A program made the translations under genes and the position numbers. From contig VIKE01000048.1 of NCBI GenBank assembly GCA_008080565.1, forward strand, positions 15,911-79,910: a DNA stretch of 64,000 bases, in the 5' to 3' direction. Of the stretch, positions 55,355 through 64,000 are shown in pieces (the stretch's first letter is position 1; every line of letters starts with the position of its first letter). This DNA is from Rhodocyclaceae bacterium (GTDB lineage: Bacteria; Pseudomonadota; Gammaproteobacteria; Burkholderiales; Rhodocyclaceae). Below the pieces are notes generated by a model. It saw only the letters and a program-made list of their open reading frames with translations, searched no databases and was not told the DNA's origin.

Positions 55355-55851
55355 AAAGAATGCTTTTCGCCGCCGCCGTGATCGCGCTGGCCAGCACGGC
55401 AGCACATGCCGACAACCAGGCACTCGAGTCGCTGATCGATTCCGCTCTGCGCAGTGGCCACGCCATCGAATCCCTGCTCTACAACCAGCCGGTGCTCGCC
55501 GTGCCGGTGGCCGACCGCCCGTGTCCTACCATCGGCGTGATCTACCAGGAGGGGAGACATCGGCGAGGCGGTCCACGCATCGACAACTTTCAGGCCTGCC
55601 CGGGAACCGAACCGGAGTTGATCAACGATGTGTCGCCGGCGCTGCCTGATGATCCTCAGTTTCAGCAGTTGATCCAGATGGCGATCCGAGGCGCCCTGCG
55701 CTACGGCGCCCAGCGGCGTGACTGGGGTGAATACCTGATCGACACGCGCCGCCTGTCCGCTGCGGACGGCTATGGATGTGGCCAGGTGGAAACCGTCATC
55801 TCGTCGATGGGCATGCTTGTCACGTACCAGGTGGGGAGACTGTGTCCGTGA
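55351..55851 (+). CDS. exported hypothetical protein
   Basis: Signal peptide ending AHA; Cys pairs. Confidence 0.7.
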   Translation: MKRMLFAAAVIALASTAAHADNQALESLIDSALRSGHAIESLLYNQPVLAVPVADRPCPTIGVIYQEGRHRRGGPRIDNFQACPGTEPELINDVSPALPDDPQFQQLIQMAIRGALRYGAQRRDWGEYLIDTRRLSAADGYGCGQVETVISSMGMLVTYQVGRLCP

Positions 55852-56270
55852 TCCGAATGACGCTGGCCGACGTCAAGCGACTGGGCCTGAAGATATCTGC
55901 CGCCACCCCGGCTGCGCGCAGCGCATCCCTCGCGCCACGCCGGCGCGCTGGCCGCATGCCGGATGAAGTCCTCTGGCTCGCCGTCAGCACGTCTTATCCG
56001 GATGCTCAGCGCGAATTCGAAGGCTCTGTTCCCGGCCGTCGGTTCCGGATCGATATCGCCCTGGTGGATGAAAAGATCGCCATCGAGGTCGACGGCTGGC
56101 AGTACCACGGCAAGTTCCTGGCGGCTCACCAGTCCGATCGAGAGCGCCAGAACTTGCTGGCGGTCAACGGCTGGTTGGTGCTGCGTTTCACTGCTGCTCA
56201 GATCTTCAACGACATTCAGGGTGTGTCAGCTACCATCGCGGCGGCAGCGCGGCAAAGGAGGGTTGCGTGA
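55848..56270 (+). CDS. DUF559/Vsr-like PD-(D/E)XK endonuclease
   Basis: FRIDIA..IAIEVDG..HG..DRERQN..GWLVLRF. Confidence 0.8.
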   Translation: MIRMTLADVKRLGLKISAATPAARSASLAPRRRAGRMPDEVLWLAVSTSYPDAQREFEGSVPGRRFRIDIALVDEKIAIEVDGWQYHGKFLAAHQSDRERQNLLAVNGWLVLRFTAAQIFNDIQGVSATIAAAARQRRVA

Positions 56271-56581
56271 CTGCAGAAATTTCCCGCGTGAAGATCGCAT
56301 TAGTCATCAACAAGCGTATGGCGTTTGCTTGGCTGCCGGTACGTCGCTTTAAAACAGACGATCCCTTCATCGATTCAGACGGGTGGTTATGGCTGACCAC
56401 CACCGCCCAGGTACTTGATGGGTACGAGGGTTGGGTCGCTCAAGCCAGCGACAACCCGCGCGCCAAGGTCTATTCAGATCACGTGGTTGCCTGTTTCTAC
56501 ACTGCATTATCCGCCACGGGCTTTGTTGCCGCGCTTAGCGTGCTTTCCGCACTCGGCCATCTCATCCCCTTCGTTCGCTGA
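56267..56581 (+). CDS. hypothetical membrane protein
   Basis: FAWLPVR..WLWL; C-terminal TM. Confidence 0.55.
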   Translation: MTAEISRVKIALVINKRMAFAWLPVRRFKTDDPFIDSDGWLWLTTTAQVLDGYEGWVAQASDNPRAKVYSDHVVACFYTALSATGFVAALSVLSALGHLIPFVR

Positions 56582-56596
56582 AAAAGGAACTCCCGC

Positions 56597-57679
56597 ATGA
56601 AAACGGCCATCTCGACCCATAGCGACGGACATGCAATTAAGCGTCAAGCCCCGCACCCCAATGATCAGCCCGCTCTCCGCCGAGACATCTTCGACACTCT
56701 CGACCTCTGGCTTAGCTCTCCTAGTCTCGCCTATTCATCCTGGATCGCGGGGCAATCGCTCCGGGACTCGACCAAAACGGTCTACATAGCCATGTTTGGA
56801 CGTTTCTGTCAGTGGCTGATCGAGCAGGGGAGAAGACTTGACCAGTTGGAGGCAGGCGATATCAGAAAATTCTTGGACAGTGCGAATCCAAATCTCCCGG
56901 AATCACGGCGCCATGCCCAGACTGGCCGCCAACGGCAGCAGTATGTTCGCCAACTTGAGAAAGTCTTTGCTCATCTTGGCTCGCTTGGTCACAGCGGAAC
57001 GAATCCCGGCCGTATCGCCGGGTACGAACGGGTCGGGAGCGGTTCTGATAAACCGACACGATTCCTGAGCAGGGAGGAGAGCCAGGCCGTTATCCGGCTT
57101 GTCCAGACGAGATTAGAAGAGCTAAGAAAAGAAGAGAAAAGCATAGACGAGTGGATGGAATATCGGGATCTCGCCTTGATCGGAGTAATGATCGGGGCGG
57201 GCCTGAAGGTGAATCACATCGAGCGGCTGACGCTTAATTGCATGGATATGACCGAAGAGCGGATTGACCTGAGCCGCCCGGGTTATGCCCACCGCGCCCG
57301 TATCCTTTCCTTCGCTGTTGCACCGATCAAGGCATGGCTGTCCATTCAGCAGCAGATGCATGGGGGAGGGCGTCTTGAGCCGACCCAGAAGATCTTCGAG
57401 GCCGACCGCAAATCAGGTTTTGGCCGGACCAGCAACTCTGTAACTCTCTCGGCATCGTCCATTCATCGCCGGACACAGCGCCTGCTTGGCCTGGCTGGAA
57501 TCACTGGCGATCGCGCCAGTGCCCAGACCCTGCGCAATACCTATGCCGGCCTCCTCATCGAGGGCGGCGCCACCGACGAAAACCTGGTCGATTACCTCGG
57601 CCTGCAGGCCTCCGTAACTGCCCAGCGCCTGCGTACCGCTTACACCAAGAGCAACCCAGCGCCGGCGAATTCCCTTTAA
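56597..57679 (+). CDS. Xer-like tyrosine-recombinase-fold protein with degenerate active site
   Basis: RDLAL..GAGLK, AQTLRNTY, YLGL. Confidence 0.8.
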   Translation: MKTAISTHSDGHAIKRQAPHPNDQPALRRDIFDTLDLWLSSPSLAYSSWIAGQSLRDSTKTVYIAMFGRFCQWLIEQGRRLDQLEAGDIRKFLDSANPNLPESRRHAQTGRQRQQYVRQLEKVFAHLGSLGHSGTNPGRIAGYERVGSGSDKPTRFLSREESQAVIRLVQTRLEELRKEEKSIDEWMEYRDLALIGVMIGAGLKVNHIERLTLNCMDMTEERIDLSRPGYAHRARILSFAVAPIKAWLSIQQQMHGGGRLEPTQKIFEADRKSGFGRTSNSVTLSASSIHRRTQRLLGLAGITGDRASAQTLRNTYAGLLIEGGATDENLVDYLGLQASVTAQRLRTAYTKSNPAPANSL

Positions 57680-57812
57680 CCAACCAACGGTCCGACACCA
57701 TGAGCGTTTCGCCTTCCAACCCAAACGACTGCACCTCCTGCGTGCTGAAGCCCGACCCTGACGACGAAGGCTTCTGTTTCATGTGGGCCAATGAACCCGC
57801 TTGAGAACTGCA

Positions 57813-59249
57813 ATGAAACTGACCCTCAAACCCCTTCAGAGCCGGATCCTCGTGAAGCTCGGCACCGCCGGCGAGTTGAGCATTAACCGTCTGGTGGAAG
57901 CCTCAATGCCTCGACGCGATCTGAACCCGGACAAACGGTCCCGCTGGGACCACGAGATCCGCCTGCAAATCGAACTACTTGGCCTCTACGGCTTGATTCA
58001 ACTTGTCGATCGCCTGGGGCAACGCTTCTGCATCGCCCCAGCATTTGTCGTGCAATGGACCTCCGATCAGCTCCAAAAGCCTGTGCTCAATGGCATGAAA
58101 CAGAAACCTTCCATTGTGCTTCCGCTGCTTGTCGCTTCAGTGTTAACCACAGCGACTGCTGGCTGCAGCAGCTTTCCAGGTATGACACAGGAGACCCCGG
58201 CACCGGTTGTCACTCGCTACAACGCCGAAAAAACGCCTCCTCCAGAGCGCATGGAACAGTTCTACAACCCCCGCTCCGGCAACATGGTCTATCGCTTCTG
58301 CGTCGGCAACGAATGCCCCGGCCCAACCCCAAAGAAGCCTATCCAGACGCTGCCTGTGGTCACTGAGGTGAATATCGACGGCAGTAAGGCGTTGGTTGCA
58401 TCAGAACCTGGCCTGGCCTTCGGCCAGGCTAAGCCCTTCGCCAAGGTAGTTTCCGTCAGCAAGGCAAAACCGGCAGAGGGCGATCCGGCAAAAGCTGGTG
58501 CCTCAAGAACTGCCGCAAACGACAAAGCTTCGGCCGCTATCGCGGCGCAACGCCAGGAGCATCAAAATGCCGCCGGTGGCAGTATCACCCCTTCAGGTCC
58601 GTCGCCAGCGCCCAAATTGTCTGTGAAGACAATGGGGGCAGATCCACGGCCTGCTGTCGTACCGGCCCGCCAAGCGCCGGCCGCCACCGAAGGCGGACAG
58701 CTCTTCGTCCCCGCAAACGAGAAAGGCATGCGCGTTCCCTCGGCGCCGTCGGCAAAGGTTGCGCCGCTCGAAGGCAACAAGCTGGCCATGTCCGCGCTTC
58801 CGGCAAGAGTTGAGCCCGTTGGAGGCTCAACTACCCCGATCATGGTCACTGACACCGTAGAACAATCGTCCGGAGCTACCCCAAGCAATTCGGCTGAACA
58901 GTTCGTCGCTGGCTGGGCCAATCTATGGTCCGAGAAAAAGGCTGATTCCTATTTCAAGCTTTACGCGAATGATTTCTGGCCAACCTACGGGCAGAACCAG
59001 AGCGCGTCCGTATGGGAAACCCTGCGCCGCGACGTGATGACTCGCCCGGGGGCAATCAAGGTTGGCGTCGAGATGGTCAAGGTCGTGGAGAAGGAAGACA
59101 AGGCTATCGTCCGCTTCTGGCAAACCTACGAGTCAAAGTCCTTCCGTTCCCGTGTCCTCAAGTCGCTCGAGCTGGTGAAGGCTGACGGCGACTGGAAGAT
59201 CCGCCGCGAACGCCTTATTCCCGTGGATTCCGCCCCGACCGTCGCCTGA
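57813..59249 (+). CDS. lipoprotein-like protein with C-terminal Cds6/NTF2-like domain
   Basis: Internal TATAGC lipobox; WANLWSEK..Y..F, VRFWQTYES, WKIRRE. Confidence 0.7.
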   Translation: MKLTLKPLQSRILVKLGTAGELSINRLVEASMPRRDLNPDKRSRWDHEIRLQIELLGLYGLIQLVDRLGQRFCIAPAFVVQWTSDQLQKPVLNGMKQKPSIVLPLLVASVLTTATAGCSSFPGMTQETPAPVVTRYNAEKTPPPERMEQFYNPRSGNMVYRFCVGNECPGPTPKKPIQTLPVVTEVNIDGSKALVASEPGLAFGQAKPFAKVVSVSKAKPAEGDPAKAGASRTAANDKASAAIAAQRQEHQNAAGGSITPSGPSPAPKLSVKTMGADPRPAVVPARQAPAATEGGQLFVPANEKGMRVPSAPSAKVAPLEGNKLAMSALPARVEPVGGSTTPIMVTDTVEQSSGATPSNSAEQFVAGWANLWSEKKADSYFKLYANDFWPTYGQNQSASVWETLRRDVMTRPGAIKVGVEMVKVVEKEDKAIVRFWQTYESKSFRSRVLKSLELVKADGDWKIRRERLIPVDSAPTVA

Positions 59250-59254
59250 TTGCC

Positions 59255-59500
59255 ATGCTGCGCTGCCGTACATCTCTCGCCTGGAAGCCAACGATCGGAG
59301 GGCTGGCCCACTACGCCAGCCGCCATAGCGGGCTGACTCGGGAAGGCTGCCCCGTCCGGGTGCTGGCCGAAGCCTCCGGCGCGCGCATGTACGTCGAAAT
59401 CATCGGGCACGCCGGTGCGCTTGTTCGCGTCACCGTCAAAGCCAGCAACCTCCACCCCATGCCGCCGAGTCTTTTCGACGGCACCGAATTTTCCATGTAA
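59255..59500 (+). CDS. hypothetical protein
   Basis: 81 aa between paralogous genes. Confidence 0.5.
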   Translation: MLRCRTSLAWKPTIGGLAHYASRHSGLTREGCPVRVLAEASGARMYVEIIGHAGALVRVTVKASNLHPMPPSLFDGTEFSM

Positions 59501-59502
59501 TC

Positions 59503-60678
59503 ATGAGCCGAACTCTATCTCCCCTCCAAGAAGCGATCAGCCTTCGTGTATCGCGCCTCGAACGGATCTCGGAAACCCGTTTGCGAGACTATCTGGGCAC
59601 CTATTTCCAAGGCCTGGAAGAGTCTGAAGACGCATGGGGTAAGGAATTTGCCCTCGCGCTCGAATTGCTAGTCCTCTACGGACACATACGGCTCGAGGAG
59701 CATCCTCGCAAGGGGCGTATTCTGATCGACACTCGTCGGAGTGCAGCATCGCAACCTAGTCCGTCCATGCTGGACGCCCCAGTTAAGGAAAGCTACGTTG
59801 GTGACCGAAAAGGGGCGCCCTGGCCCTTCGTCGCCTGCGCCGCTTCCGCTGTCCTAGCTGCGGGCTGCTCCCTGCTGCCTCTGACCCCTACCCAGCCCAA
59901 CCAGGTTGCACAACTGCCCGTTTATGGCGACGGGACAAGCTTCCCCTCCCGTATCGAACAATTCTTCAACGGCCGCAACATGGTCTATCGCTATTGCCAG
60001 GATGATGAGTGTCCATCCCCTACGCCGAAAATTGCTGCCGCGACACCGCGCCTTGACTCGCCTCGCTATGAACCAGTGGGGAGCCAGCGGCAAGGGGCTA
60101 TCCAGGGTGCGGCCCAAGGGGTCTCTGCTGGCGCCACAGAGAAGATCGCCAAGGTGGCCATGCCTATCGTCAAACCGACTGCAACCCTTGTTGCCGCAGC
60201 TCAGGGAGCTATTACGGGGGTGGCTGTAAGTGCAGTGGGTGCGGCCGTGCCAAACATGCTCGCCACGCTCAGCATCAAGGAAACCCCAAACGCTGGTATC
60301 GCGCTCCGCGCGGACGGCGAATTCACCTCCTACAAGGGTTTGGTGGGCTTCCAGCAGGGTTCAATGGTCCTTGATGGGTTGAGTCGTCAAAAGGTCGCCG
60401 AACTGGCGCCGGCGGCACGAGATGCCGAGCGTGTCCGCTTGCGCGGGAAGGTTGCCTCCTCCCAGTTGTCTGAAGAAATGAAGAAACTGGCCGTCGGCCG
60501 CGCCTACGCCGTGAAGGTCGAGTTTGTGAAGCACGACGTCGACAAGGCGAAAATCCGAATCATGAGTCCGCAACAGACCTCTGGCGACAACGCCACAGGC
60601 TCGGTTCGGGGCGTCGACGTGATGCTCGACATGCCTGAGAAGAAAGCCCTGTCCGGTTTGGTCAAGGGCGGTGCCTGA
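59503..60678 (+). CDS. lipoprotein-like protein with C-terminal OmpA-like domain
   Basis: Internal LAAGC lipobox; FQQGS..LAVGRAYAVK..GVDV. Confidence 0.7.
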   Translation: MSRTLSPLQEAISLRVSRLERISETRLRDYLGTYFQGLEESEDAWGKEFALALELLVLYGHIRLEEHPRKGRILIDTRRSAASQPSPSMLDAPVKESYVGDRKGAPWPFVACAASAVLAAGCSLLPLTPTQPNQVAQLPVYGDGTSFPSRIEQFFNGRNMVYRYCQDDECPSPTPKIAAATPRLDSPRYEPVGSQRQGAIQGAAQGVSAGATEKIAKVAMPIVKPTATLVAAAQGAITGVAVSAVGAAVPNMLATLSIKETPNAGIALRADGEFTSYKGLVGFQQGSMVLDGLSRQKVAELAPAARDAERVRLRGKVASSQLSEEMKKLAVGRAYAVKVEFVKHDVDKAKIRIMSPQQTSGDNATGSVRGVDVMLDMPEKKALSGLVKGGA

Positions 60679-60950
60679 TGAGTCTCACTCAGGCAATCAC
60701 GCTGTCGGCTGATCTGATTCAGCGCCGTCAGGATCTGCTCCGGCTGTTTGGCGAAGCCCGGTACCAGGAACGCACGGCACTGGCCAAGGAACGCATACGC
60801 GAGGTGATGGCCCTCCAGAAGGAAGGCAACCCCATTAGCGCCGCCATCGCCTACTGCAAGCACCTCGCCGCCCAGCACCCGGGCGAGGACGTATCCACTA
60901 CCCAGCAATTCGTTCTGGCCGCCGCGGCTGACCTCGCCGAAGGCAAATGA
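60678..60950 (+). CDS. hypothetical protein
   Basis: Coupled. Confidence 0.6.
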   Translation: MSLTQAITLSADLIQRRQDLLRLFGEARYQERTALAKERIREVMALQKEGNPISAAIAYCKHLAAQHPGEDVSTTQQFVLAAAADLAEGK

Positions 60951-60954
60951 GCCC

Positions 60955-61233
60955 ATGATCAAACGCGCCAACACCCTCATATTCATTCTAATTAGCGGCG
61001 CCGCCCTGGCGCAGCAGCCGGTCGACAACGCACCGATCTTCCAGTTCAACCAGCGGGCTGACGCTTCCGCGCTCGCCGAGAAGTATGCCGCGTTGCTCAA
61101 GGACGATCCGGTGTGCGACATCTACCGCGACCAGCTGGTGAAGCTCGCCAAGGGGAACCCCTACGACGGCCGCACCGCGCCTCAAATGACCCAGGTTTTG
61201 TACAAAGCTCGGGGCGCCGGCTGCCACAAGTGA
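60955..61233 (+). CDS. exported hypothetical protein
   Basis: Signal peptide; Cys pair. Confidence 0.6.
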   Translation: MIKRANTLIFILISGAALAQQPVDNAPIFQFNQRADASALAEKYAALLKDDPVCDIYRDQLVKLAKGNPYDGRTAPQMTQVLYKARGAGCHK

Positions 61234-61296
61234 AGCTGAAACATAAAACGTACGTTCCGCTCTTCGCGTACTTTGACGCTGCAATATCTGCCGAAA

Positions 61297-61330
61297 AAAT
61301 TCAGAAATGCCCAATCGTCATCCGTAGCAT
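61297..61330 (+). promoter_or_regulatory. backbone-motif promoter (CAGAA-N18-TAGCAT)
   Basis: Shared geometry, on the + strand. Confidence 0.55.
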
Positions 61331-61357
61331 GACAGGAAACACCCCAAGGATTCCTGA

Positions 61358-62467
61358 ATGCCTCTGACTTTCGTTTCCCTCACCGGCGCCGACGACAAGG
61401 TGAAACCAGCTGCCCTCGCCGCGCTCTCCGCGCGCTATGCCAAGGCCGTCCCGCCCGAGTGGGCGATCCTCTATTGTCACGAAAAGGAAGGAACCGCCCG
61501 CTATCCATCGTTGGCCTGGCGCGAGTCTTTCCTGGAGCTCAGCTTGCCCTTTACCGCCGCCCATCTGTGCGGCCCCCAAGTCTTCCGCGATATTCTGGAC
61601 CCCGCCACCGCTGAGCCCCTAATCGCCGACCTTTCCCGCTACGGCCGGGTCCAGCTCAACATCAACGCGCGCCGCCCCGAATTCACAGAAGAGGAGGTCT
61701 TGGTCGTCTATCGGACCCTGCACCAGGCCGGGCTGCACCTCATCCTCCAGCACCACGACAATTCCCGCCGCCCGATCGAGAAGTTCCTTTCTACCCTTGA
61801 TGCCGCCAGCCTATCCCGCATAGACCTGCTGCACGACGAATCCAAGGGCACAGGAACTGCACCAGAGCAGTGGCCACCAATTTCCACCGTTGGACCGGTC
61901 CCGCTACGCTGCGGTTACGCCGGCGGCCTGGGCCCGGCAGTCCTCGAGGAGGAACTGCCCCGCATCAACGAATCGGCAACTGCTTGGCGTGATTGGCCGT
62001 ACTTCATCGACATGGAGTCGGGCATCCGCACCGAAAATGAATTTGATCTTGCCAAGGTCGAGGCCGTCTTGGAGTTTGTGGCCACCAACAAAGGTAGCGG
62101 TGGCATCTATTTCGCCTCCAAGGTGGTGCATGCCCACCGCTGGCAGGCTTTGCGCGCCGCTGGCGTAAAAACGGCCTCATCGTGGATTGACGAGGCAGGA
62201 GAAGGGGAGACCGCCGATTATGCCGAGTTGTCCGAGCGCTGCCTTCGCGAGATTAAGGATGCCAGTCGTCTGGTCCTCTACTGCGAGTCGCACGAGATCC
62301 TGAAAGGCGCAATTCTCGAAGCCGGCGCCGCCCTGATGGCCGAAATCCCGGTCTTCCTGGTGGGTGAATGCGCCAGCCTCAGCCGTGTGTTTCGTGGGCA
62401 TCGACTTTGGCACGAATGCGCATCCATCGAGGATGCTATTTCTATTCCTGCAAGACACCAACAATGA
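61358..62467 (+). CDS. PRAI-like TIM barrel fused to nucleoside 2-deoxyribosyltransferase-like domain
   Basis: SLTGADD, AAHLCG, QLN, DESKGTG, GYAGGLGP, IDMESG; then IYFAS..SSWID..GAILEAGAAL..PVFLVG. Confidence 0.75.
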   Translation: MPLTFVSLTGADDKVKPAALAALSARYAKAVPPEWAILYCHEKEGTARYPSLAWRESFLELSLPFTAAHLCGPQVFRDILDPATAEPLIADLSRYGRVQLNINARRPEFTEEEVLVVYRTLHQAGLHLILQHHDNSRRPIEKFLSTLDAASLSRIDLLHDESKGTGTAPEQWPPISTVGPVPLRCGYAGGLGPAVLEEELPRINESATAWRDWPYFIDMESGIRTENEFDLAKVEAVLEFVATNKGSGGIYFASKVVHAHRWQALRAAGVKTASSWIDEAGEGETADYAELSERCLREIKDASRLVLYCESHEILKGAILEAGAALMAEIPVFLVGECASLSRVFRGHRLWHECASIEDAISIPARHQQ

Positions 62468-62952
62468 AGATCAATACTCCCTTCACCCCTGCCCAAGTGC
62501 AGGTCCTCAACGAGCGCCAGGTTCATGTGGATGGCAGCATACCGATCCATCCCTCTACCTGCCCGAACCGTGGCGATGGAATCACCTACGACGCAGCCGG
62601 CAACGCTGATGACACAGTTGCAATCCATGGAACCGAAGGGGGCGACCGGGGCGTCCTGATCGCCACCGAAATCGGCTGGGTTTGCCCGCACTGCGATTAT
62701 CGACAGGACTGGGCACACGCTGCCATGGCCGAGCGGCCTGTTCCGGTGGGCGAGATGTTCAAGGATTTCCCAACAATTGCCGAGATCTACGGGGCCGTCC
62801 GTCCAGAGGAACTGAACCCTCTCATCGTTAATTACCGGGCGCAGGCAGCCCAAGGCCGACCGGGGGCGGAAGTAATGTGGTTTTGCCTAGAACTGCGCCG
62901 CATGACCCTTGCGGGGAATATGAGCCATCGTGTCGAGGAGGTGGAGAGATGA
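62464..62952 (+). CDS. Zn-binding hypothetical protein
   Basis: HPSTCPNRGD..GWVCPHCDYRQDWAH; start reassigned. Confidence 0.65.
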   Translation: MKINTPFTPAQVQVLNERQVHVDGSIPIHPSTCPNRGDGITYDAAGNADDTVAIHGTEGGDRGVLIATEIGWVCPHCDYRQDWAHAAMAERPVPVGEMFKDFPTIAEIYGAVRPEELNPLIVNYRAQAAQGRPGAEVMWFCLELRRMTLAGNMSHRVEEVER

Positions 62953-63191
62953 TTCGCGGCTCTGAACTCGACGAAGCGATCAAGGGCACCCAGCAGGACC
63001 CATTCTACGGGGAAGCACGCGAATTGGTGCTGACGGCGCGGCGATCCTCGATATCGATGGTGCAGCGTCATCTGCGTATCGGCTACAACCATGCAGCGCG
63101 GCTCCTGGAAGCTATGGAAGGCGACATCCTAGGACCGATGGACGGGAATGGTGTCCGCCCTTTCCTGGCGCCCGCCACGACAGCCCCGTAA
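62949..63191 (+). CDS. stand-alone FtsK gamma (wHTH) domain protein
   Basis: DPFYGEA..SISMVQRHLRIGYNHAARLLEAME. Confidence 0.85.
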   Translation: MIRGSELDEAIKGTQQDPFYGEARELVLTARRSSISMVQRHLRIGYNHAARLLEAMEGDILGPMDGNGVRPFLAPATTAP

Positions 63192-63212
63192 CGCTGCCGA
63201 TCAGAGAATTTC

Positions 63213-63803
63213 ATGTCCCAACAACCCTGCACCGAATATCTCATCCGTCAGCGAGTCGACGTAGCGCTCGCCAACCGATTCCGCTGCGAGTTGGCAAGCC
63301 CGACGACCGGCCTGCCGATGACCCCGGAGGAGCGCCGGCAGACACTGACCATCCTCTTCACCGAACTCGCCCGAGGCATGGGGCTTGACCGCTTCCTGGA
63401 GATGCCGGTTGAGCGCCTGGATCAGTTCGCCGTCATGTCGGTCGTGAAGAACCATGACACAGCCGGCTTGCTTCGTAGCCTACTCAATTCTTTCATGATC
63501 GCCTACAGCTATCCCGAGACGGCCGATCGTGCCTTCGCTGCATTGCTCGATATCGAAGCCCTGCGGGCAGAAATAGCCGACATCAAGCGTCAGCCAACTC
63601 GGAATCCAGTCTTGGAAGCGGCTGCAACCGCACTGGTGTCCCTCCTAACCGAGAAACAGATCCAGCGCTCTGCCTACCGCATCCTGTACGGCGCCGACAG
63701 GCTGTTGGTGACGTCAGCGACCCCGATCCGTGATCTGCCATCAGAGATCAACGGCGTTCCTGTTGAATACCGCGCCGGTAGCGCTGTGGCCACCACTCTC
63801 TGA
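63213..63803 (+). CDS. hypothetical protein
   Basis: 196-aa ORF. Confidence 0.65.
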   Translation: MSQQPCTEYLIRQRVDVALANRFRCELASPTTGLPMTPEERRQTLTILFTELARGMGLDRFLEMPVERLDQFAVMSVVKNHDTAGLLRSLLNSFMIAYSYPETADRAFAALLDIEALRAEIADIKRQPTRNPVLEAAATALVSLLTEKQIQRSAYRILYGADRLLVTSATPIRDLPSEINGVPVEYRAGSAVATTL

Positions 63804-63835
63804 TCGATATCGACAAATCACAGAAAAGGAACCGT

Positions 63836-64000
63836 ATGAAATCTACGCTTTCCGCCACTTTGGCTTCCCAACTCGTGATTCAGTGCACTGCCGACGTAAC
63901 TGAACGAAGAGAAGAAGGTGAGCGAGTTCAAATCATTCAGGAATGGATGAATACCGATGAAGCGATTGCCATTGTGTTGTGCTGGAACGTTCTGGGTTCC
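63836..64000 (+). CDS. hypothetical protein, truncated by window end
   Basis: AAGGA SD, ATG, open to the end. Confidence 0.5.
   Translation, partial: MKSTLSATLASQLVIQCTADVTERREEGERVQIIQEWMNTDEAIAIVLCWNVLGS

Noticed and set aside
1-64000. CRISPR array, retron/DGR, tRNA or rRNA
   Set aside because: No regularly spaced repeats, no reverse-transcriptase motifs, no cloverleaf or rRNA signatures noticed by eye

Overview
A ~58-60% GC stretch of a large conjugative plasmid/ICE-like backbone, probably betaproteobacterial (taxon is inference only). No rRNA, tRNA or CRISPR array was seen. The left arm (minus strand) holds an N6-DNA methyltransferase cut by the window edge, a complete PRTRC ubiquitin-like cassette (ThiF/E1, JAB, B, F, Ubl-C, E) next to a beta sliding clamp, SOS-boxed umuDC, an ADP-ribosylglycohydrolase plus two Cys-phosphatases, a TAXI/PspA-like operon and many small hypothetical genes. 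A DndC/PAPS-reductase-like gene is split by a 19.4-kb GInt/SE-type tyrosine-recombinase element (26187-45558) with a 6-bp non-identical footprint. Unusually, all ~12 kb of its cargo lies inside the recombinase operon. That cargo is driven by two near-identical operator-containing promoters and contains paralogs of neighbouring backbone genes. The right arm has DUF1173, DnaG with a Lar-like tail, UvrD, a DUF559-like nuclease, a degenerate Xer-like protein, paired lipoproteins, a TIM-barrel/NDT-like fusion and a stand-alone FtsK-gamma domain. Non-coding signals read by eye: eight promoters share a fixed-geometry motif; one of them drives a ~265-nt highly structured candidate ncRNA (24320-24586); two pseudoknot-like leaders precede genes sharing an N-terminal helical domain. 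All family calls come from motif recognition, not database searches.
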